Origin: Candidatus Bathyarchaeota archaeon
GTDB lineage: Archaea > Thermoproteota > Bathyarchaeia > Bathyarchaeales > Bathycorpusculaceae
Assembly (NCBI GenBank): GCA_963702095.1
Contig: OY969706.1
Location: 416,001-480,000 of the forward strand
DNA: 64,000 nt
Direction: 5' to 3'
Of the stretch, positions 49,710-59,440 are shown piece by piece. Each line of letters begins with the position of its first letter. Within the stretch, counting starts at the first letter, position 1. The notes under the pieces were generated by a model, which had not been told where the DNA came from, ran no database searches, and saw only the letters and a list, made by a program, of their open reading frames with translations. The position numbers were made by a program, and so were the translations under genes.

Positions 49710-50801
49710 GTGGCAAAGAGTAGCAATTACCGCGTACAACTACGTCGAAGACGCGAAGGAAAAACCGATTACCAAGCACGCAAGGCACTTGTCATTTCTG
49801 GCAGGCCCCGCTTAGTCGCTCGAACCTCATTACGGAACTCAACCGCACAGATCATCATTGCAAAACCCATAGGCGACCAAGTTTTAGCCGCAGCCAACAG
49901 CCGTGAACTCATCAAGAAATATGGTTGGAAAGCACCAACCGGCAACCTCCCAGCAGCCTACCTTACCGGTTTGCTCTGTGGACTCAAAGCCAAAGCAGCA
50001 GGCATAGACGCAGCCATCCTCGACTTAGGATTAATTAACCCAACCAAAGGCGCCAAAGTCTTCGCTGTCCTTCACGGTGTAATCGACGCAGGTGTAGAGG
50101 TACCGCATGGCGAGGGAAAAATCGTTGAATACCGCTCTAAAGGCGACCACATTGTAGGCTACGCTAATGAGTTAAGCAGCGAAGACCCTGAAGCTTATGA
50201 GGCAAAATTCTCAAAGTACACTGCTGAAGGGGTTGAACCTGAAAAGGTCGCTGAACACTTCAGCAAGGTTCGCTTGGCAATCGTCGGTTCCTTCAAAGGT
50301 GCTCAAGTTGCTCCTGAACCCGAAAGTGCACCACAAGCCAAAGCAAAACCTAAGGCAGCACCAAAACCTGAAGGCAAGCCTGCTCCAAAACATGAAGTTA
50401 AACCCGCCGCTCCTAAAGCTGAAGTTAAAGCTGTAGAAGCACCAAAAGCTGAAGCCAAGGTGGAGGTGCCAAAGGTAGAAATTAAAGTTGCGCCGAAAGC
50501 CGAAGTTAAAGCTCCCAAAGAAGAAGCCAAGCCCGAAGTAAAAGCAGTTAAAGAAAAGGCGCATGCAGAGGAGAAAGCTCCAAAAGCCAAAGCCGCAGAA
50601 GCCAAGGCTGCTCATGCCAAAGCGGCTCCTGAAGAAAAAGCAGAGAAAGCCGAAAAGGCTCCGGTGAAAGGTAAAGCTGCAAAAGCAAAAGCTCCTGCTA
50701 AAGGAAAAGCATCAAAAGAAAAAGCTGCCTCCAAAGGAAAGGCGCCGGCAAAAGAGAAAGCACCAGCTAAAAAAGCTGCTGCAAAGAAGGGTGGAAAGTA
50801 A
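49710..50801 (+). CDS. rpl18: 50S ribosomal protein uL18 with approx. 165-aa Lys/Ala/Pro/Glu tail
   Basis: RRRREGKTDY, GN.PAAYLTG, ILDLGL. Confidence 0.96.
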   Translation: MAKSSNYRVQLRRRREGKTDYQARKALVISGRPRLVARTSLRNSTAQIIIAKPIGDQVLAAANSRELIKKYGWKAPTGNLPAAYLTGLLCGLKAKAAGIDAAILDLGLINPTKGAKVFAVLHGVIDAGVEVPHGEGKIVEYRSKGDHIVGYANELSSEDPEAYEAKFSKYTAEGVEPEKVAEHFSKVRLAIVGSFKGAQVAPEPESAPQAKAKPKAAPKPEGKPAPKHEVKPAAPKAEVKAVEAPKAEAKVEVPKVEIKVAPKAEVKAPKEEAKPEVKAVKEKAHAEEKAPKAKAAEAKAAHAKAAPEEKAEKAEKAPVKGKAAKAKAPAKGKASKEKAASKGKAPAKEKAPAKKAAAKKGGK

Positions 50802-50803
50802 GA

Positions 50804-51475
50804 ATGAGTCGAAGAAGTCAACCAAGAGATAGAAGTCGAGACAGCGAACGACGTGCAGCAAGCCTAGAACAGTGGGTACCAAGAACCCGCTTGGGCAAAA
50901 TGATTCAAGAAGGCAAAATCACAACCATTGAAGACCTATTCCTATCAGGGATAAAAATCAGTGAATCCCAAATCGTCGACTCGCTAATCCCAGACCTGCA
51001 AGAAGAAGTCATAAACGTTAACCTTGTACAGAAACAAACCGACGCCGGCGAAAAAAGCCGCTTCAAAGCCATAGTCGCCGTAGGCAACAGAGACGGCTAC
51101 GTCGGATTAGGCCAAGGTAAAGCCAGCCAAGTCCGCAACGCCATCGAAAAAGCAGCAGCCAACGCACGCCTCAACATCATCCCAGTTAAACGGGGATGCG
51201 GAAGTTGGGAATGCGGCTGCGGTAAACCCCACAGCGTACCCTTCCAAGTGGAGGGCAAATGCGGCGGCGTCCGAGTCGTCATCGTTCCCGGTCCAAGAGG
51301 CTTAGGCTTGGTTTCCAGCGAAGTCGCCAAAGTCATCTTGGGGTTAGCAGGCGTTAAAGACCTCTGGATGAGAAGCTACGGCTCAACCCGAACCGTCCCA
51401 TCCTATGCCTGCGCAATCTTTGACGGATTAACCAAAACCTACAACTTAATCACAACAACCGATTGGGTGAAGTAA
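50804..51475 (+). CDS. rps5: 30S ribosomal protein uS5
   Basis: WVPRTRLG, RGCGSWEC, PGPRGLGL. Confidence 0.98.
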   Translation: MSRRSQPRDRSRDSERRAASLEQWVPRTRLGKMIQEGKITTIEDLFLSGIKISESQIVDSLIPDLQEEVINVNLVQKQTDAGEKSRFKAIVAVGNRDGYVGLGQGKASQVRNAIEKAAANARLNIIPVKRGCGSWECGCGKPHSVPFQVEGKCGGVRVVIVPGPRGLGLVSSEVAKVILGLAGVKDLWMRSYGSTRTVPSYACAIFDGLTKTYNLITTTDWVK

Positions 51476-51476
51476 A

Positions 51477-51962
51477 TTGGCACAACAAATAGAAGAATGC
51501 AAATGCTTCGTAGTTGTCAGAATCCGCGGAACCATCAGTGCAGTGCGAGAAGCCCGTGAAACCCTAGAGCTCCTACGCTTAAGCCACACTAACCACGCAA
51601 TACTCATCGACAGCCGACCCGCCTACAAAGGCATGCTGCAACGCGTAAACAACTATGTAACCTGGGGCGAACCCACCAAAGAAACCGTCTTAGCAATGTT
51701 GCAGAAACGCGGCAGATACTTAGGCGACAAAAAACTCGCTGAAAACATAGAAAAAACAGGCTACAAAACCATCGATGAACTCGCAGACGCCATCGTCAAC
51801 TGCAAAGTTGCATACAAAAACCTGCCAGACATCGAAGCACGCTTTAAACTGCATCCGCCAAGCAAAGGTTACAAGGGTCAAATCAAGAACTCTTTCCGTG
51901 CAGGCGGCGAAGCAGGCTACCGCGGCGAAGCCATCAACGAACTCGTCAAACGCATGGTTTAA
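51477..51962 (+). CDS. rpl30: 50S ribosomal protein uL30
   Basis: VVRIRG, VTWGE, LHPP.KG, GYRG..IN.L..RM. Confidence 0.97.
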   Translation: MAQQIEECKCFVVVRIRGTISAVREARETLELLRLSHTNHAILIDSRPAYKGMLQRVNNYVTWGEPTKETVLAMLQKRGRYLGDKKLAENIEKTGYKTIDELADAIVNCKVAYKNLPDIEARFKLHPPSKGYKGQIKNSFRAGGEAGYRGEAINELVKRMV

Positions 51963-52180
51963 GCCTGCGTTTATATTTTTACTATTTTTATTTTCTTGTG
52001 GTATTTCCATTTCACGCATTTTGGTTAAATCTTACTTTGTCTTCAGTAAAATTGTTAGCTTGGATTCTTTATGACTAAGGCAACAACCTCATTGCGGTCC
52101 ATCTCGGAAGAAATACAAAAGATGAGCGCTATACTAGATAAGCTTGTAAATGCTTACATAGAAAAACAGGGTTAACCTGG

Positions 52181-52873
52181 CTAGTTTAGGTCATCGAAGG
52201 TTTCTTTGATTAGGCGTCGGGTTCTCCAGGAAACTTGGGCTTCCGCAATGTATGTTTTGGGTTGATTCTTGCTTAGCATGCTGCCCAAGTTTTTCTTTGT
52301 CACGTATGCGGCTACGGCTTGTCGTGGGTGATAAATGAAAGTGAAGTAGGACGCTCCTGAACCCACTAGGAATCCGCTTGCCCACAGAGGCGCTACAAAG
52401 AAGAAGAAGTAGAAGTTCCAAACGTCTACCGCTCCTATCAACGGCACCATCACCGGCGGCGGATAAGTCATGTTTGTCCAGTAGAAGCATCCCAACATAA
52501 AGTCTAGGGTGTTGAAGCCTAATCCCGTCATGATTATGGCAACGAAGAACGCCGCTATCAAGATAAAGAGGTGTTTTCTGGTTTTTTTAACCGAAAAGAA
52601 CGCAGCCATGGCCAATCCTGTTGCTAACCCGCCTATTGCCAGCGTCGCCAATCCGAAGATGCTGTAGGCGTATTTGGCTTCCATAACTACGTAGTTGTTC
52701 ATGTGCCAGAGGAACGAGGATTCTTCGTTAAACCACGGTGAACCAATCATTAATCCGATGTAAACACTGTCGACTAGTAGTATAGCGCCAATAACTAATG
52801 TTATAGTTAAGCAGGTAGCTATGCGTCCCCTCAACTGAATTTCTCTCCCTTCCTCAACATCTCCTAGCTTCAT
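52181..52873 (-). CDS. Four-TM hypothetical membrane protein
   Basis: Hydrophobic ORF. Confidence 0.75.
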   Translation of the reverse strand: MKLGDVEEGREIQLRGRIATCLTITLVIGAILLVDSVYIGLMIGSPWFNEESSFLWHMNNYVVMEAKYAYSIFGLATLAIGGLATGLAMAAFFSVKKTRKHLFILIAAFFVAIIMTGLGFNTLDFMLGCFYWTNMTYPPPVMVPLIGAVDVWNFYFFFFVAPLWASGFLVGSGASYFTFIYHPRQAVAAYVTKKNLGSMLSKNQPKTYIAEAQVSWRTRRLIKETFDDLN

Positions 52874-53034
52874 CCCTGTTAAATATTATCACGAGACAGC
52901 GCTCTAAACTCCCCGAATACGTGGTCAGATGCATGATTGTCCAAACCTGCATTGTAAGGCAACAAATTATGTCAATATCTAATGCAACAACCGTTAAATA
53001 ATACCTTGAAATAAAGGTGCGAAAAGGTGTAGCT

Positions 53035-53340
53035 ATGCAGAAGTGGGCAGATTACCTCATCAGTGGCGTTAAATCAGCCACTGGCTCGAACTGCATACAA
53101 TACGTAGAGGTACACAGCGACTTCGGTTGCATAGTTTGCGAAACCAGTGTTGTCTCCCGCGCCGACGTTATTTCCAACATTAAAAAGGGCACCAGCTACG
53201 TTACGGTCTTCAAAACAACCATGGGCAAATGGCGCAGAGGAGAAGACGTCCGCGTTGTAACCGTCAATGGGCAAGAGTATCTCCGTACAGACGCTAAACC
53301 CGTTGCCTCAGACAACTTCGATGATGTCCCCGAACTCTGA
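53035..53340 (+). CDS. DUF3892-like protein
   Basis: WADY.IS.V, R..V...I..G, V.VNG..YLRTD.....DN....P. Confidence 0.8.
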   Translation: MQKWADYLISGVKSATGSNCIQYVEVHSDFGCIVCETSVVSRADVISNIKKGTSYVTVFKTTMGKWRRGEDVRVVTVNGQEYLRTDAKPVASDNFDDVPEL

Positions 53341-53411
53341 TATAGGCAATTACGTTTTCGAAATACTGATTTAAAAAGGAAGCTGCGTTCTTCTCGCCGA
53401 GGATAGGTTGC

Positions 53412-53630
53412 ATGAAGCGAGCATCTGCTCTTAAAACTCCAAAAAGTACCACGGAAATTCGGGCGCTTCTAAAAAGCGTTAACATGGATTTCGAATCAGT
53501 CGTTAACAAGGCATTAAACGATTATCTGTCCAAAATCTTCATCAGCTGCCCCTTCACTGACGAGTTATGCATACACCGGAAGCAATGCATAGGCTGCACT
53601 TCATTCGACAAAGAGATAATCATCAAATAG
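53412..53630 (+). CDS. Small protein, ribbon-helix-helix-like N-part with a Cys cluster
   Basis: VVNKAL..YL, CPF...C....C..C. Confidence 0.6.
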   Translation: MKRASALKTPKSTTEIRALLKSVNMDFESVVNKALNDYLSKIFISCPFTDELCIHRKQCIGCTSFDKEIIIK

Positions 53631-53729
53631 GGTTAGCCCAAATATTTCGTTAACTCGAAAAGTAGGGCTAGGGCACACCGTAGTACTGGATTAACTCGCG
53701 AGTCTACAACAAGCGTAACTATCGGAAAC

Positions 53730-54008
53730 ATGTTAAGCGTGTATGCTTCGGTGGCAGACTGGATTCCGTTGAATCCTAATGTCCAAGTTGATGGCAACTC
53801 TGTTGGAACCGCCCCTATTTCTGTTCCAGTGACTTCAGGCAGCCATACAGTAACCATCGATGACCTTACACAAGACTCATTGGTTCCTGGCTACTATGAC
53901 TCCTTTAGCTGTTTCATTGACAACAATAACAACTACTACTACAATGGCCAATCAATACCAATCACTTCTCCCAAAACATTATATGCATACTATAACTGGG
54001 GATATTAA
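53730..54008 (+). CDS. PEGA-like domain fragment
   Basis: V.VDG..VGTAP....V..GSHTVTI; looks like an orphan C-terminal piece. Confidence 0.5.
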   Translation: MLSVYASVADWIPLNPNVQVDGNSVGTAPISVPVTSGSHTVTIDDLTQDSLVPGYYDSFSCFIDNNNNYYYNGQSIPITSPKTLYAYYNWGY

Positions 54009-54068
54009 AAGTGCAATCGGTAGGCACCTAATCCCTTTTCTTATCCTAAAAAATTAGTTTGAGCTAGT

Positions 54069-55375
54069 TTGAGAAAGCTTTTAATTGTTAATAACTCAAA
54101 ATGGAAAGCAATGAACTCGAGCTTGATGCATATGAAGTTATCCCAGATAAAACCATATTCCTGGTTTAACCTCACGACAAAAACCTTTGCCTTAACTATA
54201 ATGCTCGTATGCCTTACGGTTTTAGGTATCATTTGTTCCCCGCCAGTTAAGGCCCAAACACCCAACGCAATCACCATTAATGCTAATGGAACTGTGACTC
54301 CTTCAGCAGCGCCGATTGAGCAAATGGGTAACGCCTATACTTTGACAAGTGATTTTGTCGGAAGTATAACGGTAAACAGGAGCAACGTGATAATCGACGG
54401 AAAAAATTACGCTCTGTCCGGTGGTCTCTTAGTTAGGGGTGTTTCGAACATAACCGTTGAAGGATTTGTTGTTACAAATGGTGTGGCGTTTGTGTCTAAC
54501 GAGGTTGACGGTATTTTGTTAGACCATGCATCTCAAGTTAGGGTTACTAATAACACAATCTCGGGTATATGGAGTATTCAACAGATGAACGGTGTAGGGT
54601 TTAGTGCAATTGACGTCTGGATGGGGGATTCAAACGTTATTATGGGAAACAATTTACTGAATAACGCTTACGGCATATATTTTTCAAAAACCCAGAACAA
54701 CTTGATCGCAGACAACACTTTCGTAAGCAGTATGATTAACTTTTGGGATTCCTCAAATAACACTATTTACCACAATAATTTCGTGGCCTCGTGTGGTATC
54801 CTGGCTTCTGATGGAGACTATGAAAACCCCAACTCTGTTAACGTATGGGACAACGGCTATCCTAGTGGAGGCAACTACTGGGCTGACTACGCGAATTACG
54901 GCGCTAGAGAACTAGACTTATCGGGGATAGGCGACAAACACTACGTTATTGACACAAAAAATTCTGATCAATATCCCCTCATGAAATCATTCAACGCTAC
55001 GTTTTTTGCGTTGCAGACCACCCCGCCGAAAATAACCATACAACACCAATTAACGAAACATACCAGAACTCAACTGTACCTTTGATTTTTACAGTAGACG
55101 TTGTCTCCCAAGTAAAACTTGTTAACTGGACAGGCTACAGCATAGATGGACAGCGAAACGTTACCGCAACAGGAAACGTCGTTTTAACTCAGCTCCCAAG
55201 CGGCGCACACAGCATCACAGTCTATGCCAATGACACTTACGGCAACATGGGTGCTTCAGAAACGGTGGCTTTCAGTACTTCCGAACCTTATCCTGGGCAG
55301 CTCGCTTTAATTTCAGCGGTGATTGTAGCAGTTGCGGTTGTTGCTGTGGTTGTTTTCTTTAAGAGACGTCGATAA
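54069..55375 (+). CDS. NosD-like beta-helix surface protein with Ig-like domain and C-terminal TM (frameshift near 55040)
   Basis: GNAYTLTSD, IYHNNF, GGNYW, D.YPLM; continues in ORF 55082-55375 (GYSIDG, TVYANDT.GN.G.S). Confidence 0.8.
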
Positions 55376-55483
55376 CCCGTTTGTTTATTTTTAATTGCCT
55401 TTTTGTGGTCAAATTCTTTTAAAGGATTTTTACTTTTTTTGCCCACTTAGGGTAAGATATGCCTGGAACCTGCTGACTGGACC

Positions 55484-55731
55484 ATGCTAGTGCCCGCTGT
55501 ATTGCGCTCTTCATTGCCGTTCACTGTAACGCTAAGAAAGCAAATGATGCATGCTTTCACATCCACACCGCGGCGGTTTCAACATGGAGCCATGTAGGGC
55601 GTGTTGAGAAAAACACCGTTGCCACACCGAAACAGATGCTGAGAAATGCTGCAGCCGCAAAAAGCAACCGCCTTCACTTGCCGTCTTGTGGCACCCCACA
55701 AACCGCCACGCCCACATAAAGAGAAAAAAGC
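55484..55731 (+). repeat. Dispersed intergenic repeat family A, copy 5 (longest)
   Basis: Contains all the blocks seen separately in copies 1, 2 and 4. Confidence 0.88.
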
Positions 55732-56273
55732 AAAAGTTGCGCAGAGCAACAAAATTCTCGTATGTTAGAAAAAGGAGGGAGAGGAAAAGGGTCGGTCTTT
55801 TTTCTCCCTCGATGATAGCAATGTTCTCAATGCTATTGCGGTAAATTGGATCATGTTTTGCATACGATTTTTTGATGCTTAACCTGCGATTTTTGACTCT
55901 TTTCCTCAATTAAATAATTGCATAACGATAGGATATAAAATTTACTCGAATCCACGTTTAATGATCGAAAAATATCCGATACTCATAATTTAACTTAGCA
56001 GAAGCCCAAGAAATGCAGTGATGCTTGTTCTTCCCCGCTTATCTTGGTTAAAATCGCTACTTTTACCATCAAACTGCACTCTGCTGTTCAGGTATTTTCT
56101 AACCCTTTATGTGCGATACGTTTTATAATGTCATCAGAGAGATGCGTAGTTAATCTGGAGGGGGAAAGAAGACGAGTGCAAGATGGAGAAGAACAAACAA
56201 AAATCGTAAATGGCTAGACCTAAAAGAACTAAAGTCAACTCCGAAACAGAGGGCTAACACCAAGAATAAGGCC

Positions 56274-56606
56274 ATGCCTACACCACCCAATTTCCGTACA
56301 TCCAAAAGCTACACCAAACGCAGCAGCGAACCCAAACCATTAATCGACATGTTCCAAGACACCCACAACATCACCATCATCGCTGAGATAGCGGGCTTCA
56401 GCAAGGACTCCCTCAAAATCAACGTAAAAGACCAGAAAATCACGCTATCTGCCAAATCAAAAGAGCGCCGTTACTATAAAAGTTTAAATTTACCGAAGGT
56501 AGTGATTCCTGACGAAACGCACACCAAATACAAGAACGGTGTGCTCGAAATTAAACTTAAAAAAGCTGAATCACCAGCGAAAGAAGCGGATCAACATGCC
56601 CCATAA
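56274..56606 (+). CDS. Small heat-shock protein (Hsp20/alpha-crystallin)
   Basis: PLID.F, IIAE..G..K, YKNGVLEI.LKK. Confidence 0.9.
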   Translation: MPTPPNFRTSKSYTKRSSEPKPLIDMFQDTHNITIIAEIAGFSKDSLKINVKDQKITLSAKSKERRYYKSLNLPKVVIPDETHTKYKNGVLEIKLKKAESPAKEADQHAP

Positions 56607-57006
56607 GCTTAGAAAAATCAGGAAATTCAGAGGCTCAAGAACAGTAGGTTACGGAAGAATCGGGCAGCACCGAGACAGCGGAAGCAAAGGTAACCGCAAA
56701 GTCGGACGCCACAAACATCTCTGGAGCAAAGTCGTTACCTCAGACCCCAACTACTTCGGAAAAAGTGGATTCACGTCTCCGCAAAGCAAACACCGAATCG
56801 AATCCACTATTAACCTATCCAAACTCGACCAACTCGCCGCCGGATCAGAAATCAACCTTACTGAACTTGGATACACTAAACTCCTCGGCACAGGCAAATT
56901 AACCAAAGCCTTAACTGTTCAAGTCGAGGCAGCCTCAAAGTCCGCCGCCACAAAAGTTCAAGAAGCAGGCGGCAAACTCATAACCCCTCAAGCTACCGAG
57001 GAGTAA
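56596..57006 (+). CDS. rpl15: 50S ribosomal protein uL15
   Basis: RK.RGSRT.G.GR.GQHR, YFGK.GF, KLLG.G, A..KV..AGG. Confidence 0.96.
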   Translation: MPHKLRKIRKFRGSRTVGYGRIGQHRDSGSKGNRKVGRHKHLWSKVVTSDPNYFGKSGFTSPQSKHRIESTINLSKLDQLAAGSEINLTELGYTKLLGTGKLTKALTVQVEAASKSAATKVQEAGGKLITPQATEE

Positions 57007-57015
57007 CGCGTTTAG

Positions 57016-58450
57016 ATGCCCGGAAGATTCCTCAGCCTCTTTAAACCCATAGGTCGAGTGCTACCTGAAATCAAGAAGCCAGAACGTAAGGTTTCTTTTA
57101 ACGAAAAAATCTTCTGGACCGCGCTAGTACCTAGTTATCTTTTTGGTTATGACTGAAATTCCGCTCTTCGGCGTGAGCACAAGCGCCCAAGACAACTTCG
57201 GTCAACTCAGAGTTATCTTTGCTTCAAACCGTGGCACGTTGATGGAGCTCGGTATCGGGCCCATTGTCACGGCAGGATTAATTCTCCAGTTACTCGCTGG
57301 TTCCAACATCATCAAATGTGATATGTCTAACCCTGAAGACAGAGGTCTCTTTACCTCCGCTAGCAAAGTCTTCAGCATCGTCCTCACCGCTATCCAAGCG
57401 GGCGCCTACATCTTAAGCGGTATGTACGGCACACTGGCTGAACTCGGCGGAGGAACGATCATTGTCATATTCCTGCAATTGCTATCAGCAGGCATAATCG
57501 TCATGTTAATGGATGAATTGGTTCAGAAGGGCTGGGGACTAGGCAGCGGCATCAGCCTCTTCATCATGGCAGGCGTCGCCCAGAGCATCCTCTGGTCTAT
57601 GTTTTCACCGCCAACAGGCTTATTCCTCGGTACTCTCCAGCAATACCTCGGCGGCGGCTTAACCACCATAGAATACGTGTTCGGAACTGCCTCAGGCATC
57701 TACCCATCAGTGTTAGGCTTAGCTGCTACCATCACAGTGTTCCTCATAGTCATCTACCTGCAGGGCGTTAGAGTCGAGTTGCCAATGAGCTACGCAGGCT
57801 ACAAAGGCTTCCGCAGCAGATACCCCATCAAGCTCCTCTACGTCAGCAACTTACCCGTCATCTTTGCCAGTGCACTCTTCGCTAACGTGTACTTCTTTAC
57901 GCAGTTGCTGTGGAGCCAACTTGGGCAGCCTGCGCCTGGCACGAATTTGTTCTTCCAAATAATAGGTGACTACAACCAAACAGTCTCAAGCACAGGACAA
58001 GTAAGCGTCCAGCCTGTCGGCGGCATAGCATACCTAGTCACTGCACCGCATAACATACAAAACGTCATCGCAGAGCCGCTTAGAGCAGCAGCGTACCTTG
58101 GCATCATCGTGGCTTTCTGCGCCGTGTTCAGCCTCATATGGCTCGAAGTCGGCGGCTTAGGCCCCAACAAAGTTGCAAAACAACTCATGGACAGCGGCAT
58201 GCAAATCCCCGGCTACAGACGCAGCGAACGCCCCATCGAAGCAATCCTCAAACGCTACATCCCAGTCGTTACAGTCTTAGGCGGCATATTCGTTGGGCTA
58301 CTCGCGGGACTTAGCGACTTCCTAGGAGCATTCGGCACAGGCACCGGTATCCTGCTGTCAGTAGGCATCATATACCAGTACTACGAGTTGCTGATGCGTG
58401 AACGCGCCGCAGAAATGTTCCCAGCATTCAGAAGGATACTAGGCGAATAA
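57016..58450 (+). CDS. secY: Preprotein translocase SecY/Sec61-alpha (apparent +1 frameshift near 57130)
   Basis: MPGRFL...LPEI.KPERKVSF.EK..WT, then GTLMELGIGPIVTA, G.GSGISLFI, YPIKLLY.SN.P, MQIPG.R. Confidence 0.96.
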
Positions 58451-58487
58451 GCCTAGACTCCCCGCTTTCTCCTTTTCTGAAATTTCC

Positions 58488-58620
58488 TTTTTCTAGTCTA
58501 AGAAGAAGAGAAAAGTCGCCCTTACACAACAACTTCTCAGGGACACGGCGGAACAGTCTGTTTTGGCGTCCGATTGCAGCGGCGACTGCAGGCTGGTTGA
58601 GGCGCAATCCACAAGAGCAA
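58488..58620 (+). repeat. Dispersed intergenic repeat family B, copy 3
   Basis: AGAAGAAGAGAAAAGTCGCCCTTACACAACAACTTCTC...TGCAGGCTGGTTG.GGCGCAATCCACAAG. Confidence 0.8.
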
Positions 58621-58687
58621 ACCCCCGCATAGAAAAAGCGTCTGCTGCTCAGCCCAAACCCCCCTATACGGTGGATCAAATTTTTTC

Positions 58688-58830
58688 TTCTATTGTTGTT
58701 GCAGGGAACCACCTATACACAACAACAACCAGCCGACTGCGCTACAGGCTGCTTTCGTCGGCATATTTGTTTTCCAAGTTGCAGACTGGTTGTGGAACAA
58801 AACACAAACAGAACAATCATTCTGACCTAC
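58688..58830 (+). repeat. Dispersed intergenic repeat family B, copy 4 (tandem with copy 3)
   Basis: TTCTATTGTT.GTTGCAG...CCTATACACAACAAC.ACCAGC...TTGCAGACTGGTTGTGG. Confidence 0.75.
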
Positions 58831-59061
58831 TGTATAAAAGGCAGAGTAGTCTTTCTCGCTTTATGGGTGGCACTATCAGACTGTTTAGAAACCCAACTCC
58901 CCTAACCCGCTTAAAACCCAAACCATCGATTTTGTCAGACTCCGCCTCTTGTAAATGTAAAGCCATCTATGATTTGGGGTACGCGACCCCTTGCAGAATG
59001 AGGCTTGTTCAAAAAATACCCAGTAAAAATAATTGGGTTCGTGAGATTTGCTAAGGCTTTG

Positions 59062-59368
59062 TTACCGCTTGTTTTCAAGTATCTTGAGGACTAAAGACCT
59101 AAGTTCACTCTCTGGCGCTCCATTGAACTCTTCATAGATTTCCAGCGATTGTTTGGCAAAATGAGAAAGCCCAGCTTTCCTGTCAATATCCTTGAAGTTA
59201 GCTATTCGCATTATTAGACTATCAACACTCATTCCGAGTTTTTCTGCCACTCTTTCCCGAATGAATGGGAACGGTATGTCTTAACTTATAGAGATAAAAC
59301 GCTACTTTGTCATCATCTTCCGTCCATTTGTGGATTTTTCTTGTTTTCTTCAAATCTATTTGCCTCAT
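59062..59368 (-). pseudogene. Frameshifted small HTH-like gene resembling the N-terminal domain of HNH nucleases
   Basis: WTEDDDKVAFYLY in one frame, AEKLG.S..S...RIANF..ID in another; AT-rich. Confidence 0.5.
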
Positions 59369-59440
59369 TTGGTTGGATTTACGAGATTTTTTTGGGTAAG
59401 TTTTTGCAGTTCGCCGTTTGGACGTACAATCAAGTATGGA

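Noticed and set aside
45886-50821. Phe/Ser-rich antisense ORFs over the ribosomal protein tails
   Set aside because: Shadow frames of Lys/Glu/Ala-rich sense sequence.
18405-53665. Shared ATTACG-N3/4-CGAAA-like motif at about 18405, 53349 and 53644
   Set aside because: Short, AT-rich and variably spaced; cannot be separated from chance by eye.
40238-55375. Diversity-generating retroelement acting on the two beta-helix genes
   Set aside because: No reverse transcriptase and no TR/VR pair differing at adenines; the similarity is ordinary paralogy.
57100-57160. Programmed frameshift in secY
   Set aside because: No slippery heptamer or stimulatory structure seen; many other indels in the window make a sequence error more likely.
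58488-58830. CRISPR array from the tandem family B copies
   Set aside because: Only two highly diverged units about 200 bp apart, no identical 25-45-bp repeats and no cas genes.
58563-59054. 163-aa ORF after secY, plus ORFs 55532-55909, 21213-21442, 3793-4014 and 39105-39359
   Set aside because: They overlap non-coding repeats, share no conserved frame between copies and show no recognisable protein motif.
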